Assembly: GCA_964520425.1 (NCBI GenBank)
Contig: CAZFMX010000002.1
Location: 36,809-100,808 of the forward strand
DNA from: an uncultured Desulfobacteraceae bacterium
GTDB lineage: Bacteria; Desulfobacterota; DSM-4660; Desulfatiglandales; HGW-15
Direction of reading: 5' to 3'
DNA length: 64,000 nt
In this document: piece after piece, positions 30,521 to 41,853 of the stretch
How positions within the stretch are numbered: position 1 is the first letter of the stretch
How the letters are laid out: each line of letters opens with the position of its first letter
Notes under the pieces: generated by a model
What the model was told of the DNA's origin: nothing
The model's input: only the letters and a program-made list of their open reading frames with translations
The model's database searches: none
Made by a program: the position numbers and the translations under genes

Positions 30521-31046
30521 AGAGCCTTTCTGATGATTCGGACCATTGCAAAGGATGATCGAGGAATTGAAAGACCTCAGATTGATAAGAACTTCCTCTT
30601 CGAAACGTGAGTTTAAGGGAATTCTGGATTGAATGTCAAAAAACAAGTCCCCCCATCATACTGTTTGTGTATCTCGCTAGGCGAAGATGGAAGGCTCTTG
30701 AGGTAGAGGAGAGATATTTCCAAGGCGGGCCGAGGGCTGTTTTCTAAAAAGGGGATAAAATTGAGGAAATTTGAGTAGAAGTATCCCCTCCCATCGGCCT
30801 ATCTGACATTTTCAAACCCGTCTGGGATCTATCGCGTCTAAGGCGGGTAAATCACGCCACAGGCGGTCTCGAAATCGAAGAAATGATTTCATCACCATTC
30901 GCTCGCTGTTCAACTGAGGTGTATCTCACATCATTACGTTCTCATTATCCGGATGAATCCAATTTGAACGGAAGTCAAGGGTCTTAAGGGATAGCAGCGG
31001 GCTAAGCGGTCGATGGAACAAGGGTACTCCCTCACAGTAGTTTTGA

Positions 31047-31841
31047 TCAGCGCACCAATTTGGAACAAACCGCCTTACCGACAGGCCGTATGGATAGGCC
31101 CAGCAGGATAAACGCGCCTACCAGTTTTATCCAAAAAGGAATGACTTTCGCTGCTTGTCCTGCGATAGCTTGAGCCGAGATGCCAAGAACAGAATGGATC
31201 TGGTCCAGGGCCAAACCAAAGACCAGGGTTGAAAAGGCAACGGAAAACAGATAAATTGCTGTCGCCTTCTTTCCTAAAATCTCAAGAAGCACGGTTAAGT
31301 ACGTAATATTGGTGGCGGGCCCCACAAGAAGAAAAACCAGCGCGGCCCCGGGACTGATCCTCTTGAGGATCAAGGCGGCTGCGATAGGCGCGGAGGCCTT
31401 GGCGCAGATGTACAGGTTAATTCCTGCAACCAACATATGGAGCATCGTCGGAAGGCCACTCCCCAGGTAACGCGTCATCACCTCAAATGGAATCAGGACA
31501 GTAATCACACCGCCCAAGACAATGCCCACCAAAAACCATACGGCGATATCGTTCCACAGATCGCCAAAGGCATAGAAAAGTCCGGCTTTGGCTTTTTCCA
31601 AGAAATTGTGATGAGAAAGGTGCTCATCGGGCGAACAGTTTAATCCATCACAACATCCGTCTATCGTACAGATGAGATCCGGCACACTCTGAAAAGGGAC
31701 ATCTTCTCGCCGGCCAAACAGATTCTCTGAGATACCGGCCGCCATCGCCGTGGCAAAAGCGGCCACAGGCCTGGCTATAGTCATAATCGGGTCAAGCAGG
31801 GCATAGATGGAGGCCTCACAAAATAAGGCCCAAGATTCCAA
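31047..31841 (-). pseudogene. Degenerate SO_0444/ArsP-family heavy-metal permease
   Basis: YALLDPIMTIARPVAAF, a Cys/His-rich loop and SPGAALVFLLVGPATN are recognisable. The N-terminal ESW..EAS is joined directly to YALLDP (the usual PLCSCG segment is absent), an in-frame TAA lies 3 codons upstream, and there is no SD or ATG. Confidence 0.7.
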
Positions 31842-32329
31842 AATGATTTATAGAATAAGGTTCAAAGGATCGTTCCTTGGTTCATCCGGTTAGTAAAGAA
31901 CCGGGTCCAGAGGGCCCGGCCTTGGATTAACCCCTAGAGGGGATAAACTTGCCTTGCTCCCAATGGGGCGAGGTTTATTATTAACCACCCGTTCGCTGCG
32001 CTCTCTAAACAAACACAGACTTTTTGCTTTGCCGACGATGGCAAAGCAAAATGTGCTACCCTCCGGGAAACTCCATATGAGAGGGTTTTTCACGCGGGAG
32101 CGTGATGATGGCCGTGTCCTTCTGCATGGGTCTGTGGCCAATTAGCATATTTCTCCTTGGTTATCTTCTTAAACGGGAATATCATGTCAAGCGAGCATCC
32201 TCTAAACGTGAAGGAACGTTCAAACGCAGAGCCTATGAACTCTGACTCCCATGATACGGGATCTCCCATGGTCCCAAAGGAACAGGTTTCTTAAATTGAA
32301 TAAAGACATTCTTTGGCGTGGAGGTCGCA

Positions 32330-33220
32330 CTAAAGTCCGCGTTTCTGAGCCATTACTACCCTGTAATGACCACCATAATCCTTGATCCGGTGTTTTTCCA
32401 CGTAATCATCGTTCCTGTCCATTATTTCCATAGCTATTTCAGTCTGTTCCGGGTCCATCTCCAGCAATAGCCAGCCGCCGGCATCCAGATATCTTGGAGC
32501 ATCTTTGATGATTTCCTTGATGAAGTGCATTCCCAGCTCCCCACCGTCAAGGGCTGACCTCGGCTCATGGTCCCGAACCTCTGGTGCAAGTGAAGAGATA
32601 TGATCGGAAGCGATATAAGGGGGATTGGACACGATGACATCAAAGACAAGAGACGAATCGATCAATCGCTGCCTTATATCACTAAGCATAAATTGTATTC
32701 TCTCTTCCACACCATGTTTTTTCGCGTTTATTTTAGCGATGGCCAATGCCTCAGCAGACACGTCACTCGCCCAGACGGATGCCCTTTCAAACTCTCGAGC
32801 CAACGTAACTGCCAACACACCGCACCCAGTCCCCAGATCCAGAATTCTGAGGTTTTTACTCTTCGTGAATCTCTCTTCATCACGCAGAGAAAGGACCTGT
32901 TCCACCAAGAGTTCGGTTTCGGGCCGGGGGATGAGAACCTGCGGACCGACCTCGAAATCTAGGGACCAGAATTCCTGTATACCTGTTATGTATTGGATGG
33001 GTTCTCTCGTGAGTCGCCTTTTGATCAGTTCGCGATATGTCGCAATCTCTCTTTCGTAAAGGGGCTGATCAAAATTGAGGTAGAGTTTTACTCTGTCGAC
33101 TTTAAGCTGAAAGGCCAGAAGGACTTCCGCACTCAGGCGAGGGTTGTCAATGCCTTTTCCCCGCAGATAGTTGCTGGTGACCTCCAAGAGGCCCTTTATC
33201 GTCCATGACTTTCGGCGCAC
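32330..33220 (-). CDS. prmC: Release factor glutamine methyltransferase PrmC/HemK
   Basis: EPIQYITG, LIPRPETE, LDLGTGCG, VSNPPY, ALDGG; directly downstream of prfA. Confidence 0.96.
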   Translation of the reverse strand: MRRKSWTIKGLLEVTSNYLRGKGIDNPRLSAEVLLAFQLKVDRVKLYLNFDQPLYEREIATYRELIKRRLTREPIQYITGIQEFWSLDFEVGPQVLIPRPETELLVEQVLSLRDEERFTKSKNLRILDLGTGCGVLAVTLAREFERASVWASDVSAEALAIAKINAKKHGVEERIQFMLSDIRQRLIDSSLVFDVIVSNPPYIASDHISSLAPEVRDHEPRSALDGGELGMHFIKEIIKDAPRYLDAGGWLLLEMDPEQTEIAMEIMDRNDDYVEKHRIKDYGGHYRVVMAQKRGL

Positions 33221-33291
33221 GATATTCGTTCACCCTTATCGACAAGATTAATCAGCCTGGTGCTAACTGATCCGCCTTGGGTTTACACCGA

Positions 33292-34374
33292 TCACATAAT
33301 CTTCGTAAAGTTCTTTTCACCTTTAAGGGCTTCTGCCTGAAAATGGGTAATGATAGGATCCAGGATCAGATCCAGCTCTCCCTGAAGGATATCCTCCAGT
33401 CGATATAGGGTCAGACCGATTCTGTGGTCTGTTACCCTAGCCTGAGGAAAATTGTACGTCCTTATCTTCTCACTTCTATCCCCTGACCCGACCATCTTTC
33501 GCCGTTCCTCTGAAATCTTGTATTCCTGCTTAGCCTGCTGCCTATCCAACAGCCGTGAGCGGAGGACCTTCATGGCCTTTACCTTGTTCTTATGTTGTGA
33601 TTTCTCATCCTGACAAGAAACCACCAGACCGCTGGGTATATGGGTGATACGAACCGCGGAATCCGTCACATTGACATGCTGTCCCCCATGACCCGAGGAC
33701 CGAAAGACATCAATGCGCAGATCCTCCGGATCAATCTCCACGTCCACTTCCTCCGCCTCAGGGAGTACTGCGACCGTTACTGCAGATGTGTGGATCCGAC
33801 CTTGGGCTTCGGTTTCAGGTACTCTCTGCACCCGATGGATACCACTCTCATGCTTGAGAAGGCTGTAAACACCGTGACCCTCAATAAGGAGGATGACCTC
33901 CTTGAAGCCACCGATACCTGAACTGCTCTGGCTGAGAATTTCCGTCTTCCATCTCTTTGTCTCCGCATATCTACAATAGGCTCTGAAAAGATCTGCTGCA
34001 AAAAGGCCGGCCTCTTCACCGCCGGTACCCGCCCGTATTTCTAAAATGACATTCTTTTCATCATTTGGGTCCTTGGGAAGAAGCAATATTCTGAGTTTTT
34101 CCTGCAATTGTTCAAGGGTGGATTTAAGTGTTTCGATCTCTTCTCGAGCCAACTTTCGTATTTCCGTATCAGAGTCGTTGAGAAGAGGTTGATTGTTTTC
34201 GATCTCCTCCTGTACTGACTGGTATTCGCGAAAGGCGTTAACAATGGGAGACAGGAGACTATGTTCCTTCGCATACTCCTGATAGACTTTCCGATCATTT
34301 ATGATCTCTGGACGTGACAGCTCGCCCTCCAATTGACTGAAACGTTCCTCGATATCTTTGACTTTTGCTAACAT
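33292..34374 (-). CDS. prfA: Peptide chain release factor 1
   Basis: [21 protein letters not shown] (PxT), GGQ motif, RTYNFPQ. Start placed at ATG 34374 after a GAGG SD. Confidence 0.97.
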   Translation of the reverse strand: MLAKVKDIEERFSQLEGELSRPEIINDRKVYQEYAKEHSLLSPIVNAFREYQSVQEEIENNQPLLNDSDTEIRKLAREEIETLKSTLEQLQEKLRILLLPKDPNDEKNVILEIRAGTGGEEAGLFAADLFRAYCRYAETKRWKTEILSQSSSGIGGFKEVILLIEGHGVYSLLKHESGIHRVQRVPETEAQGRIHTSAVTVAVLPEAEEVDVEIDPEDLRIDVFRSSGHGGQHVNVTDSAVRITHIPSGLVVSCQDEKSQHKNKVKAMKVLRSRLLDRQQAKQEYKISEERRKMVGSGDRSEKIRTYNFPQARVTDHRIGLTLYRLEDILQGELDLILDPIITHFQAEALKGEKNFTKIM

Positions 34375-34635
34375 AGAGATCAACCTCAGAATATAGAATC
34401 CCGCTTTAAATGGGCGGGAATCTGAGACACAGCCTTGGGTAATCCTCAAACGCCGGATAACGTCACTTGTTCACAGCAGAACGGCAGAGCCGTACTCTCC
34501 AGAAATCTCCTTTGGAAAACTATGGGTTGATTATTTCCATCCGAGGGCTGTGCTTGCCTGTCGAATATGCCGCGTGGAGTGGGGAGAAGCCAAGAAGTGT
34601 TTCACAAGGTAGCATTCTTGCCGAGGCACGAAGTA

Positions 34636-34881
34636 TCAATTTTCTTCACTTTTGGCCGAGTCTTTTGGGGCCTGGGTGTTCTCAAATTTGGCATACTTGC
34701 GTCGAAAACGCTCTATCTTACCCGCCGAATCCACCAGTTTCTGTTTTCCCGTAAAAAACGGATGACATTTGGAGCAGATCTCTACTCTGATCTCTTTTTC
34801 AGTAGAACCTGTCTCAAATTCGTTACCGCAAGCACAGTGCACGATAGTCTTATGGTATTCCGGATGAATGTCCTTTTTCAT
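34636..34881 (-). CDS. rpmE: 50S ribosomal protein L31 (Zn-binding, four-Cys type)
   Basis: [23 protein letters not shown]. Confidence 0.97.
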   Translation of the reverse strand: MKKDIHPEYHKTIVHCACGNEFETGSTEKEIRVEICSKCHPFFTGKQKLVDSAGKIERFRRKYAKFENTQAPKDSAKSEEN

Positions 34882-34921
34882 CTTTTCTTCCTTTCCTTGA
34901 AATGATCAAAGCAAGTGAAAA

Positions 34922-36169
34922 CTATTCACTCATAGAGGCTAAGAATTCTTTATTATCTTTTGTTCCCTTAATCTTGTCCAGAAGAAATTCCATGCTATCA
35001 ACGGGGGTCAGCGGAGCCAAAAGCTTCCGGAGTATCCAGATACGATGCAGGTCTGCCTCATCCACTAAAAGTTCTTCCTTCCTTGTGCTGGAAAGATTAA
35101 TATCTACGGATGGGAAGACACGTCTTTCAGTCAGTTTCCTATCCAGATGGATCTCCATATTTCCCGTCCCTTTGAATTCTTCAAAAATGACCTCGTCCAT
35201 TCTGCTTCCTGTATCGACTAATGCCGTGGCAATAATGGTAAGGCTTCCCCCCTCTTCAACATTTCTGGCCGCCCCGAAGAAGCGTTTCGGCTTATGCAGT
35301 GCATTGGAATCAAGACCGCCGGAGAGAATCTTGCCGCTTGGTGGCACGGTCGCATTATAGGCACGGGCCAATCTTGTAATACTATCTAAAAGAATAAGGA
35401 CATCTCGCTTGTGCTCTACCAGTCGTTTTGACTTTTCTATGACCATTTCGGCCACCTGGACATGTCTCTGAGGCTGCTCATCAAACGTTGAACTGATCAC
35501 CTCTGCATCCACGGATCGCTGCATATCAGTCACTTCTTCAGGCCGTTCATCAATAAGAAGGACAATCTTGTGAATACTCTTGTCATTGGTCGTCACACTA
35601 TTGGCGATGTTCTGAAGGAGCATGGTCTTACCTGTCCTTGGAGGGGCGACGATAAGTCCACGTTGCCCTTTTCCAAGGGGAGTCATGAGATCCAAAATCC
35701 TGGACGAGAAATTGTCCGGTTTAGTCTCAAGCACGACCCTTTCATCGGGGTAAAGAGGAGTAAGATTGTCAAAAAGGATCTTTTCACGAGAGATCTCCGG
35801 ATCTTCATGATTCACCTGTTCAACCTTTAAAAGCGCAAAATACCTTTCCGTGTCTTTTGGTGGTCTGATCTGACCCGAAACCGTGTCACCGGTTCTCAGA
35901 TTGAACCGTCTTATCTGAGAAGGGGATATATAGATATCATCAGGTCCAGGCAAGTAGTTTGAATCAGTGGCCCTGAGGAAGCCAAACCCATCAGGCAGTA
36001 TTTCTAAGACACCTTCACCGTAAATGAGGCCGTTTTGATCGGAATTGGCTTGGAGCAGGGCGAAAATGAGTTCCTGCTTGGGCATTCCAGTAGCTCCCTC
36101 GATGCTGAAATCCTTCGCCAACTTCGTGAGCTCATTAATCTTCATTTTCTTGAGTTCCACAAGATTCAT
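34922..36169 (-). CDS. rho: Transcription termination factor Rho
   Basis: [55 protein letters not shown]. Confidence 0.99.
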   Translation of the reverse strand: MNLVELKKMKINELTKLAKDFSIEGATGMPKQELIFALLQANSDQNGLIYGEGVLEILPDGFGFLRATDSNYLPGPDDIYISPSQIRRFNLRTGDTVSGQIRPPKDTERYFALLKVEQVNHEDPEISREKILFDNLTPLYPDERVVLETKPDNFSSRILDLMTPLGKGQRGLIVAPPRTGKTMLLQNIANSVTTNDKSIHKIVLLIDERPEEVTDMQRSVDAEVISSTFDEQPQRHVQVAEMVIEKSKRLVEHKRDVLILLDSITRLARAYNATVPPSGKILSGGLDSNALHKPKRFFGAARNVEEGGSLTIIATALVDTGSRMDEVIFEEFKGTGNMEIHLDRKLTERRVFPSVDINLSSTRKEELLVDEADLHRIWILRKLLAPLTPVDSMEFLLDKIKGTKDNKEFLASMSE

Positions 36170-36608
36170 AGTTTAATCTCCATCGTAGATGTATTTATCG
36201 ATGACCTCCTAAAATCCGTATCAGACCTCTTACTCGGATCCTACTTCATTCCAGATCCGTGCGGTTCTCAACCTGACGATAGACTTTTAAAGATCCACCA
36301 TGTATTAATTGATTTCCTATCGTTTTTTGAGTTCACAAGAAACGTCAGTTTCTGTGGTCAAACAGGGAAGCATACCCCAGTTTCATGTGGATTATCCTGC
36401 CCCAGAGCAAAGCTTCTTTCAGAATAGGAGAAAGGCCATAGAATTATCGGTATGCTCCGTGAGGAGGTTCTCAGATCAACCTTGTAAGTCCATTTGGATG
36501 AATGAAAGATGATAGCACAGTAGAACAACAATGGAGTTGATCATGATATCCGGTCTATACCGAATGCTCTGTTGGTAGGAAAGTATTTAGTTTATAGAAT
36601 ATAGGTAA

Positions 36609-37619
36609 TTATCGCCTTTTGTCAATCTTTTTTAGCTCTTCATCCTCACGTTCCAGTCCTCTTAAGGCTTTCAGGATGGACCTCATATCATCGGGTAAAG
36701 GCGCATTGAATTCACAATAGTCCCCGGAATCGGGATGAACAAACCCCAACTTCTCAGCATGAAGCTGCTGTCTTTTCACGTGTGGCAAGATACTATCCAT
36801 CAAAGAAAGGCGTTTCTGCCACCAATTCCGCTTGTATCCATAGACGGGATCCCCCAAAATAGGATAGTCTAGATAGGACAAATGGACCCGGATTTGATGT
36901 GTTCTCCCTGTCTTGAGAGTGACTGATAGCATTGAAAAACCCTGCTTGAACTCCTCCAACTTCTGCCATAAAGTCAGTGCCCTTTTCCCCGAAGAAGGCT
37001 GAACAGACATCTCTTTTCTTCGCTTGGGGTGACGGGCAATAGGAAGATCGATTTCTCCTTCAGTCCCTGCAGGGATGCCCCACACAATAGCCAGATACTC
37101 CTTTCTTATGGTTCTTCCCTTGAATTGTTTGGCCAAAAACTGGTAAGCCCGGTCATTCTTGGCCACAACCACAAGACCCGATGTGTCCTTATCGAGCCGG
37201 TGGACAATACCAGGCCTTAATACGCCACCTATCCCTGACAGGTCATCGCAATGCTGGAGTAGTCCATGTACCAATGTACCGTTCGAGTGTCCTGGCGCAG
37301 GGTGGATGACCAGGCCGGGAGGCTTATCCAGGACGATTAGGGATGCATCTTCATGGATAATGCTGAACTCAACAGACTCCCCCTTCAACTCATATGGAGT
37401 AGCCGGAAGGATTACAACACGGACTTCATCCCCCCTTTTCAACCGATAGCTTGATTTCGGGGATCGGCCGTTGACCGTTATGAGTTCTTTCCGTATGAGT
37501 TCTTGAACCCTGGATCGGGTCAGGTCATCGATCTGTGAAGCGAGAAAGGCATCAATACGGCTGTCTCTCTGCTCGGTTGTAATTGAAAAGGAGAAAATCC
37601 TGTCTGGTTCCTGCTCCAC
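36609..37619 (-). CDS. rluD: RluA-family pseudouridine synthase with S4 domain (RluD-like)
   Basis: S4 (RIDAFL, TRSRVQ), DKPPGLVIHP, GIVHRLDKDTSG, TGRTHQIRVH. Confidence 0.92.
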   Translation of the reverse strand: MEQEPDRIFSFSITTEQRDSRIDAFLASQIDDLTRSRVQELIRKELITVNGRSPKSSYRLKRGDEVRVVILPATPYELKGESVEFSIIHEDASLIVLDKPPGLVIHPAPGHSNGTLVHGLLQHCDDLSGIGGVLRPGIVHRLDKDTSGLVVVAKNDRAYQFLAKQFKGRTIRKEYLAIVWGIPAGTEGEIDLPIARHPKRRKEMSVQPSSGKRALTLWQKLEEFKQGFSMLSVTLKTGRTHQIRVHLSYLDYPILGDPVYGYKRNWWQKRLSLMDSILPHVKRQQLHAEKLGFVHPDSGDYCEFNAPLPDDMRSILKALRGLEREDEELKKIDKRR

Positions 37620-37645
37620 TAGATAAAAGATTGGATAACTGCTTG

Positions 37646-38125
37646 TTATGAAAAGATTCTTTCCAGATCTTCCTCTACTTGTTCCTCCTCCACTTTCCGG
37701 GCCAAGGATATCTCCTTGACAAGGAGGCTTCTTGCGGTATCCAGCATCTTTCTCTCTCCAAAAGAAAGATCTTTTTCCACCTTCAACATCAGAAGGTCCC
37801 GGTAGACCTCTGCCACCTCAAAGACTGAGCCAGTCTTGATCTTATCCATATATTCTCTGTAACGTCTGTTCCAAGTCTGGTTATCGATAATAACATCTCT
37901 CTTCTTAAGTATAGAGTAGAGTTTCGTAATATCATCCTGGCCGATGATTTCCCTTAATCCGACACTGTCTACATTCTGCTTCGGAATCATGATGATCATG
38001 TCGTTATCAAGAATTCTCATCACATAGAAATCCTGGCGACAACCCGAGATCTCCTGGCTCTCGATCTTTTCAATAATTCCCACACCATGTGCTGGATAAA
38101 CCGCCAAATCGCCTACACTAAACAT
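37646..38125 (-). CDS. carD: CarD/CdnL-family RNA polymerase-binding factor
   Basis: FSVGDLAVYPAHGVG, TWNRRYR (conserved Trp), LSFGERKML. Confidence 0.95.
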   Translation of the reverse strand: MFSVGDLAVYPAHGVGIIEKIESQEISGCRQDFYVMRILDNDMIIMIPKQNVDSVGLREIIGQDDITKLYSILKKRDVIIDNQTWNRRYREYMDKIKTGSVFEVAEVYRDLLMLKVEKDLSFGERKMLDTARSLLVKEISLARKVEEEQVEEDLERIFS

Positions 38126-38273
38126 CTCAACCCCCTGATTGCAAGAAATGAAGCGTTATCGACCCAAAGCTCATTTTATGAATCGTTTCCCAGAGGCAGA
38201 AAAGCGTTGTTGATCACACCGATACTCAAATTATCAGCGTATTGCTGAAAATCGAAGCTAACTCTTACCGGCG

Positions 38274-38855
38274 CTATGAAACTGGTAAGTCTCTGGAATT
38301 GATGTGATTCATTGCAGCGTCAACACCATTATCGACGATCAGTTCACATGCCTGAATCGCCATTTTGATTGCCCTTTCGACTACCTCCTTTTCATCCCTG
38401 TAAAAGGATTTCAAAACATGGTCCTCTACAGATTCCCCGGCGTATCGGGGCCGCCCCACACCGACCTTAATCCTTGGGAAATCATGGGTTCCTAGATGCT
38501 GAATAGTGGATAAAACGCCTTTATGTCCTCCGGCGCCCCCTCCTCTAACCACCCTAACTCTTCCCACCGGTAGATCGACATCGTCATGGACCACCAGAAC
38601 ATTCTCCGTCTGGAGATCAAAATAATCTATGCAGGCCCTAATAGAGTCTCCACTCCGATTCATAAAGGTCATCGGCCGAAGAAGGATCACTTCGACATTC
38701 TGAAACCTTGTCCGGGCGAATCTCCCTTGAAAACGCCTGCGGTCCAAACGGACCCCCAGAGATTTGGCCCACAAATCCACGACCCTAAACCCTACGTTGT
38801 GGCGCGTATTCCTGTACTTTAATCCCGGGTTTCCAAGACCTGCTATCAGATACAC
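38274..38855 (-). CDS. pth: Peptidyl-tRNA hydrolase
   Basis: GLGNPG, TRHNVGF, PMTFMNRSG, VVHDDVDL, GGHKG. Confidence 0.97.
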   Translation of the reverse strand: MYLIAGLGNPGLKYRNTRHNVGFRVVDLWAKSLGVRLDRRRFQGRFARTRFQNVEVILLRPMTFMNRSGDSIRACIDYFDLQTENVLVVHDDVDLPVGRVRVVRGGGAGGHKGVLSTIQHLGTHDFPRIKVGVGRPRYAGESVEDHVLKSFYRDEKEVVERAIKMAIQACELIVDNGVDAAMNHINSRDLPVS

Positions 38856-38883
38856 CGTTTAGGACCGACCTTCACAGAAGTCT

Positions 38884-39573
38884 TTAGTCTTTACTGGCAG
38901 CTTCTTTGTCGTCGTTCTTGTCTTCAGTCTCGGCCGCTTGAGCTTCAGGCGCCTCTTCTGCTCCTTCTGCACCTTCTACCTCTACCGCCGGGGCCTCTTC
39001 CACCTCAGCTGTTGGTGCCGCAACCGAGGCCACCGTCAGATTACCTTCCTCGAGGGTCGTGATCCCTTCGGGGAGCTTAATGTCTCTAATATGCAAGGCA
39101 TCTCCGATTTCGAGTCCGGACACATCCACTTCCAATGTGTCTATCAGTTTATCAGGCAAACAGGAGACGTTCAGTTCCCTCCTGATATGTTGGAGAACAC
39201 CTCCCTCTTTTACACCCACGGGTGTGCCTGTAAGAGATATGGGAATATGGACAGTGATCTCTTTGTCCATAGATATCTCACAGAAATCCACATGAAGATA
39301 GATGTCGTTAGTCGGATCGACCTGGAGTTCCTTTAAAATGACACTCCTGGTCTCCGACCCGCCGTCAGATTGTATGTTCAGATCAAGAATAATATTCTCC
39401 GCAGCAGATCGTCTCATGAGTCGTTCTAGCTCTGCATAACTCACAGCCAGCATCATGGGTTGCGCATTCGGGCCATAAAAACTGGCCGGTATCTGTTGGT
39501 CTCTTCTAAGTTTCCTGGCATTCCCTTTTCCTTTGGTCTTTCTGGTCAGGGCATTCAGAACCTGTTTAGCCAT
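38884..39573 (-). CDS. rplY: 50S ribosomal protein L25/general stress protein Ctc
   Basis: KGKGNARKLRR..IPASFYG, HVDF, GVKEGGVL, acidic tail; lies between prs and pth. Confidence 0.95.
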   Translation of the reverse strand: MAKQVLNALTRKTKGKGNARKLRRDQQIPASFYGPNAQPMMLAVSYAELERLMRRSAAENIILDLNIQSDGGSETRSVILKELQVDPTNDIYLHVDFCEISMDKEITVHIPISLTGTPVGVKEGGVLQHIRRELNVSCLPDKLIDTLEVDVSGLEIGDALHIRDIKLPEGITTLEEGNLTVASVAAPTAEVEEAPAVEVEGAEGAEEAPEAQAAETEDKNDDKEAASKD

Positions 39574-39644
39574 CTATTTCCTCCAAAAACGGCGCGGCTC
39601 GTCTGTGTAACGAAAAAGTCTGATCTTCTCAGGCATTGTGACGC

Positions 39645-40574
39645 TTACACAAACAACGTGCTTACAGAATCAGAATTTTGTACTCTCTTAATGGTCTCCC
39701 CCAGCAACTCCGCTACAGACAATGCTATAATCTTGGAGCCGTTCCGAGCCTTCTCGTTAAGGGGAATGGTATTGGTTACCACTACCTTGTCTAAAGGAGA
39801 GGCCTCTATCCTCTCAACTGCTGTCCCTGATAAAACGGGGTGGGTACAGCATGCATATATGTTGCCTGCGCCATTATCCTTCAATGCTTTGGCCGCCTGA
39901 GTCAATGTCCCTGCCGTATCGATCATATCATCCAGGATGATGGCTGTTTTTCCTTCCACTTCTCCAACAATATTCATGGCCTCGGAAACATTCGGAGCAT
40001 CACGCCTTTTATCGATAATAGCCAAGGACGCTTCCAGCCTCTTAGCATAGGCCCTTGCCCTTTCCACACCGCCTGCGTCAGGGGACACAATCACTAGATC
40101 CTCTTGAAAATGGGTTCGAATGTGTTTTACCAAAACAGGTGCCGCATAAAGATTATCCACTGGGATGTTAAAATAGCCCTGAATCTGACCCGCGTGTAGA
40201 TCAATGGAAACGACCCGGCTTGCCCCTGCAACGGTGATCAGGTCAGCCACCAGCTTGGCACTAATGGGTACCCTCGGCTTCACTTTGCGGTCTTGTCGAC
40301 CATACCCATAGTAGGGAATCACTGCCGTAATTCTATCGGCCGAAGCTCTTCTCAGGGCATCTATCATGATCAGAAGCTGCATCAAGTTATCGTTGACGGG
40401 AGTGCAAGTGGATTGAAGAACAAAGACGTCCCGCCCCCTTATGTTCTCATGGATCTCAATTTGTGTTTCCCCATCGCTAAAAGTCTTGGCTGCCATTTTC
40501 CCCGGCTGGACGTCCAGATAGTCGCAGACCTCTTGAGTCAAAGCTGTGTTAGATGTTCCACCGAAAAGTTTCAT
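39645..40574 (-). CDS. prs: Ribose-phosphate pyrophosphokinase
   Basis: [41 protein letters not shown]. Confidence 0.98.
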   Translation of the reverse strand: MKLFGGTSNTALTQEVCDYLDVQPGKMAAKTFSDGETQIEIHENIRGRDVFVLQSTCTPVNDNLMQLLIMIDALRRASADRITAVIPYYGYGRQDRKVKPRVPISAKLVADLITVAGASRVVSIDLHAGQIQGYFNIPVDNLYAAPVLVKHIRTHFQEDLVIVSPDAGGVERARAYAKRLEASLAIIDKRRDAPNVSEAMNIVGEVEGKTAIILDDMIDTAGTLTQAAKALKDNGAGNIYACCTHPVLSGTAVERIEASPLDKVVVTNTIPLNEKARNGSKIIALSVAELLGETIKRVQNSDSVSTLFV

Positions 40575-40638
40575 TGGAATCAGTGCGTCCTATAGTCTAT
40601 TAAACGTTTATCTGCCTTGGCAGTAATCGTAGCCGCAT

Positions 40639-40714
40639 TGGCTGGGGTGGGAGGATTCGAACCTCCGAATGCGGGCTCCAAAAACCCGTGTCTTAACCAC
40701 TTGACGACACCCCA
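40639..40714 (-). tRNA. tRNA-Gln(UUG)
   Basis: 76-nt cloverleaf TGGGGTGTCGTCAAGTGGTTAAGACACGGGTTTTTGGAGCCCGCATTCGGAGGTTCGAATCCTCCCACCCCAGCCA; anticodon TTG, U1-A72 pair, encoded CCA; usual ispE-tRNA-prs position. Confidence 0.96.
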
Positions 40715-40886
40715 AAAATCAAGCTCATTACAGGCAGGAGAACTCTCCTTCCACGTCCGTATACGGTAATGGGCCCTCATTCGCATTCCTAGATCCTCTA
40801 CTTGGCAAATCCTTTTTTTCATGGTCTACTTCAACGGATGAAAAATGCGGAATACTTGGTGTATCTTCTTGACTTCGTTTGCCAAT

Positions 40887-41780
40887 TCAGGAATCGGAAG
40901 GCTGGGGTCTTTTCCAGTCTGCTACAACAAAAACATCCCCCAGATTCTGGGAGATGAGCGATTTTCTTGCCTTTTCAGCTTGATCTAAGGATGAAAACAC
41001 ACCGAAAACACTGGGGCCACTTCCCGACATTAGAGCCCCCTCCGCCCCGGTTTCCATCAAACGAATCTTAATGGACTCAATGATGGGGAATCTGGCGGCA
41101 GTTACCCTTTCCAAATCATTATCAAGGACATCTGATAGCCTGAAAGGGTCACTTTTCAAGGTTTTTACTATAAAGTCATATTCTCCCCTTGTCAACTCTA
41201 ATTTAAGGTTCCTATAGACCCACGAGGTGGCTACTTGAAGGGGAGGTTTCACGATAATATACCAGAATTTAGGCCATTTTTCCAGTGGTTCCAGAATCTC
41301 GCCAATACCGGTAGCCAGTGAGGGCTTACTCTCCAGAAAAAAAGGCACGTCCGCGCCGAGGTCAACGGCCAAAGCATGGAGTTCGGAGAAACTCAACGGC
41401 CTTCCGCATATCTCATTAATGGCAAGAAGAACGGCTGCCGCGTCACTGCTTCCGCCACCTAGCCCAGCCGCCACTGGAATATTCTTTGTGAGTTTTATGT
41501 CGAGGCCCCTCTGGATTCCCGTGTGGATCAAGAAAGATTGAGCCGCCCGATAGGCAAGGTTCTCTTCATCGGTAGGGACTGAAAGTCCTTCGCAGGAAAG
41601 TCTCACCCGGTTTTGGGAGGTGAGTTTTAGCTTGAGAACATCACAGAGGTCTATTGGGATCATGATGGAAATCAGATCATGATACCCATCCGGTCGCTGA
41701 CCCGTGACTTTCAAGCGCAGGTTTAACTTGGCGGGGGTTCTGATTGTAAAAGGTGACGATTGAGAAGTGACGAGCGACAA
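40887..41780 (-). CDS. ispE: 4-diphosphocytidyl-2-C-methyl-D-erythritol kinase
   Basis: PAKLNLRL, KNIPVAAGLGGGSSDAAA, LGADVPFF, MSGSGPSVF. Confidence 0.97.
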   Translation of the reverse strand: MSLVTSQSSPFTIRTPAKLNLRLKVTGQRPDGYHDLISIMIPIDLCDVLKLKLTSQNRVRLSCEGLSVPTDEENLAYRAAQSFLIHTGIQRGLDIKLTKNIPVAAGLGGGSSDAAAVLLAINEICGRPLSFSELHALAVDLGADVPFFLESKPSLATGIGEILEPLEKWPKFWYIIVKPPLQVATSWVYRNLKLELTRGEYDFIVKTLKSDPFRLSDVLDNDLERVTAARFPIIESIKIRLMETGAEGALMSGSGPSVFGVFSSLDQAEKARKSLISQNLGDVFVVADWKRPQPSDS

Positions 41781-41853
41781 CTTATTCCCTCAGAGGCATA
41801 TATTTGGAAGACCTTCTACCCTCTCTCATCTCTTTCTTGTCACCCCCATCATT

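Noticed and set aside
31890-32145. Possible relic of a His-rich CDF transporter (HGHHHAP fragment) and two short ORFs
   Set aside because: Similarity needs several frameshifts, and the region is better explained as palindromic repeat sequence.
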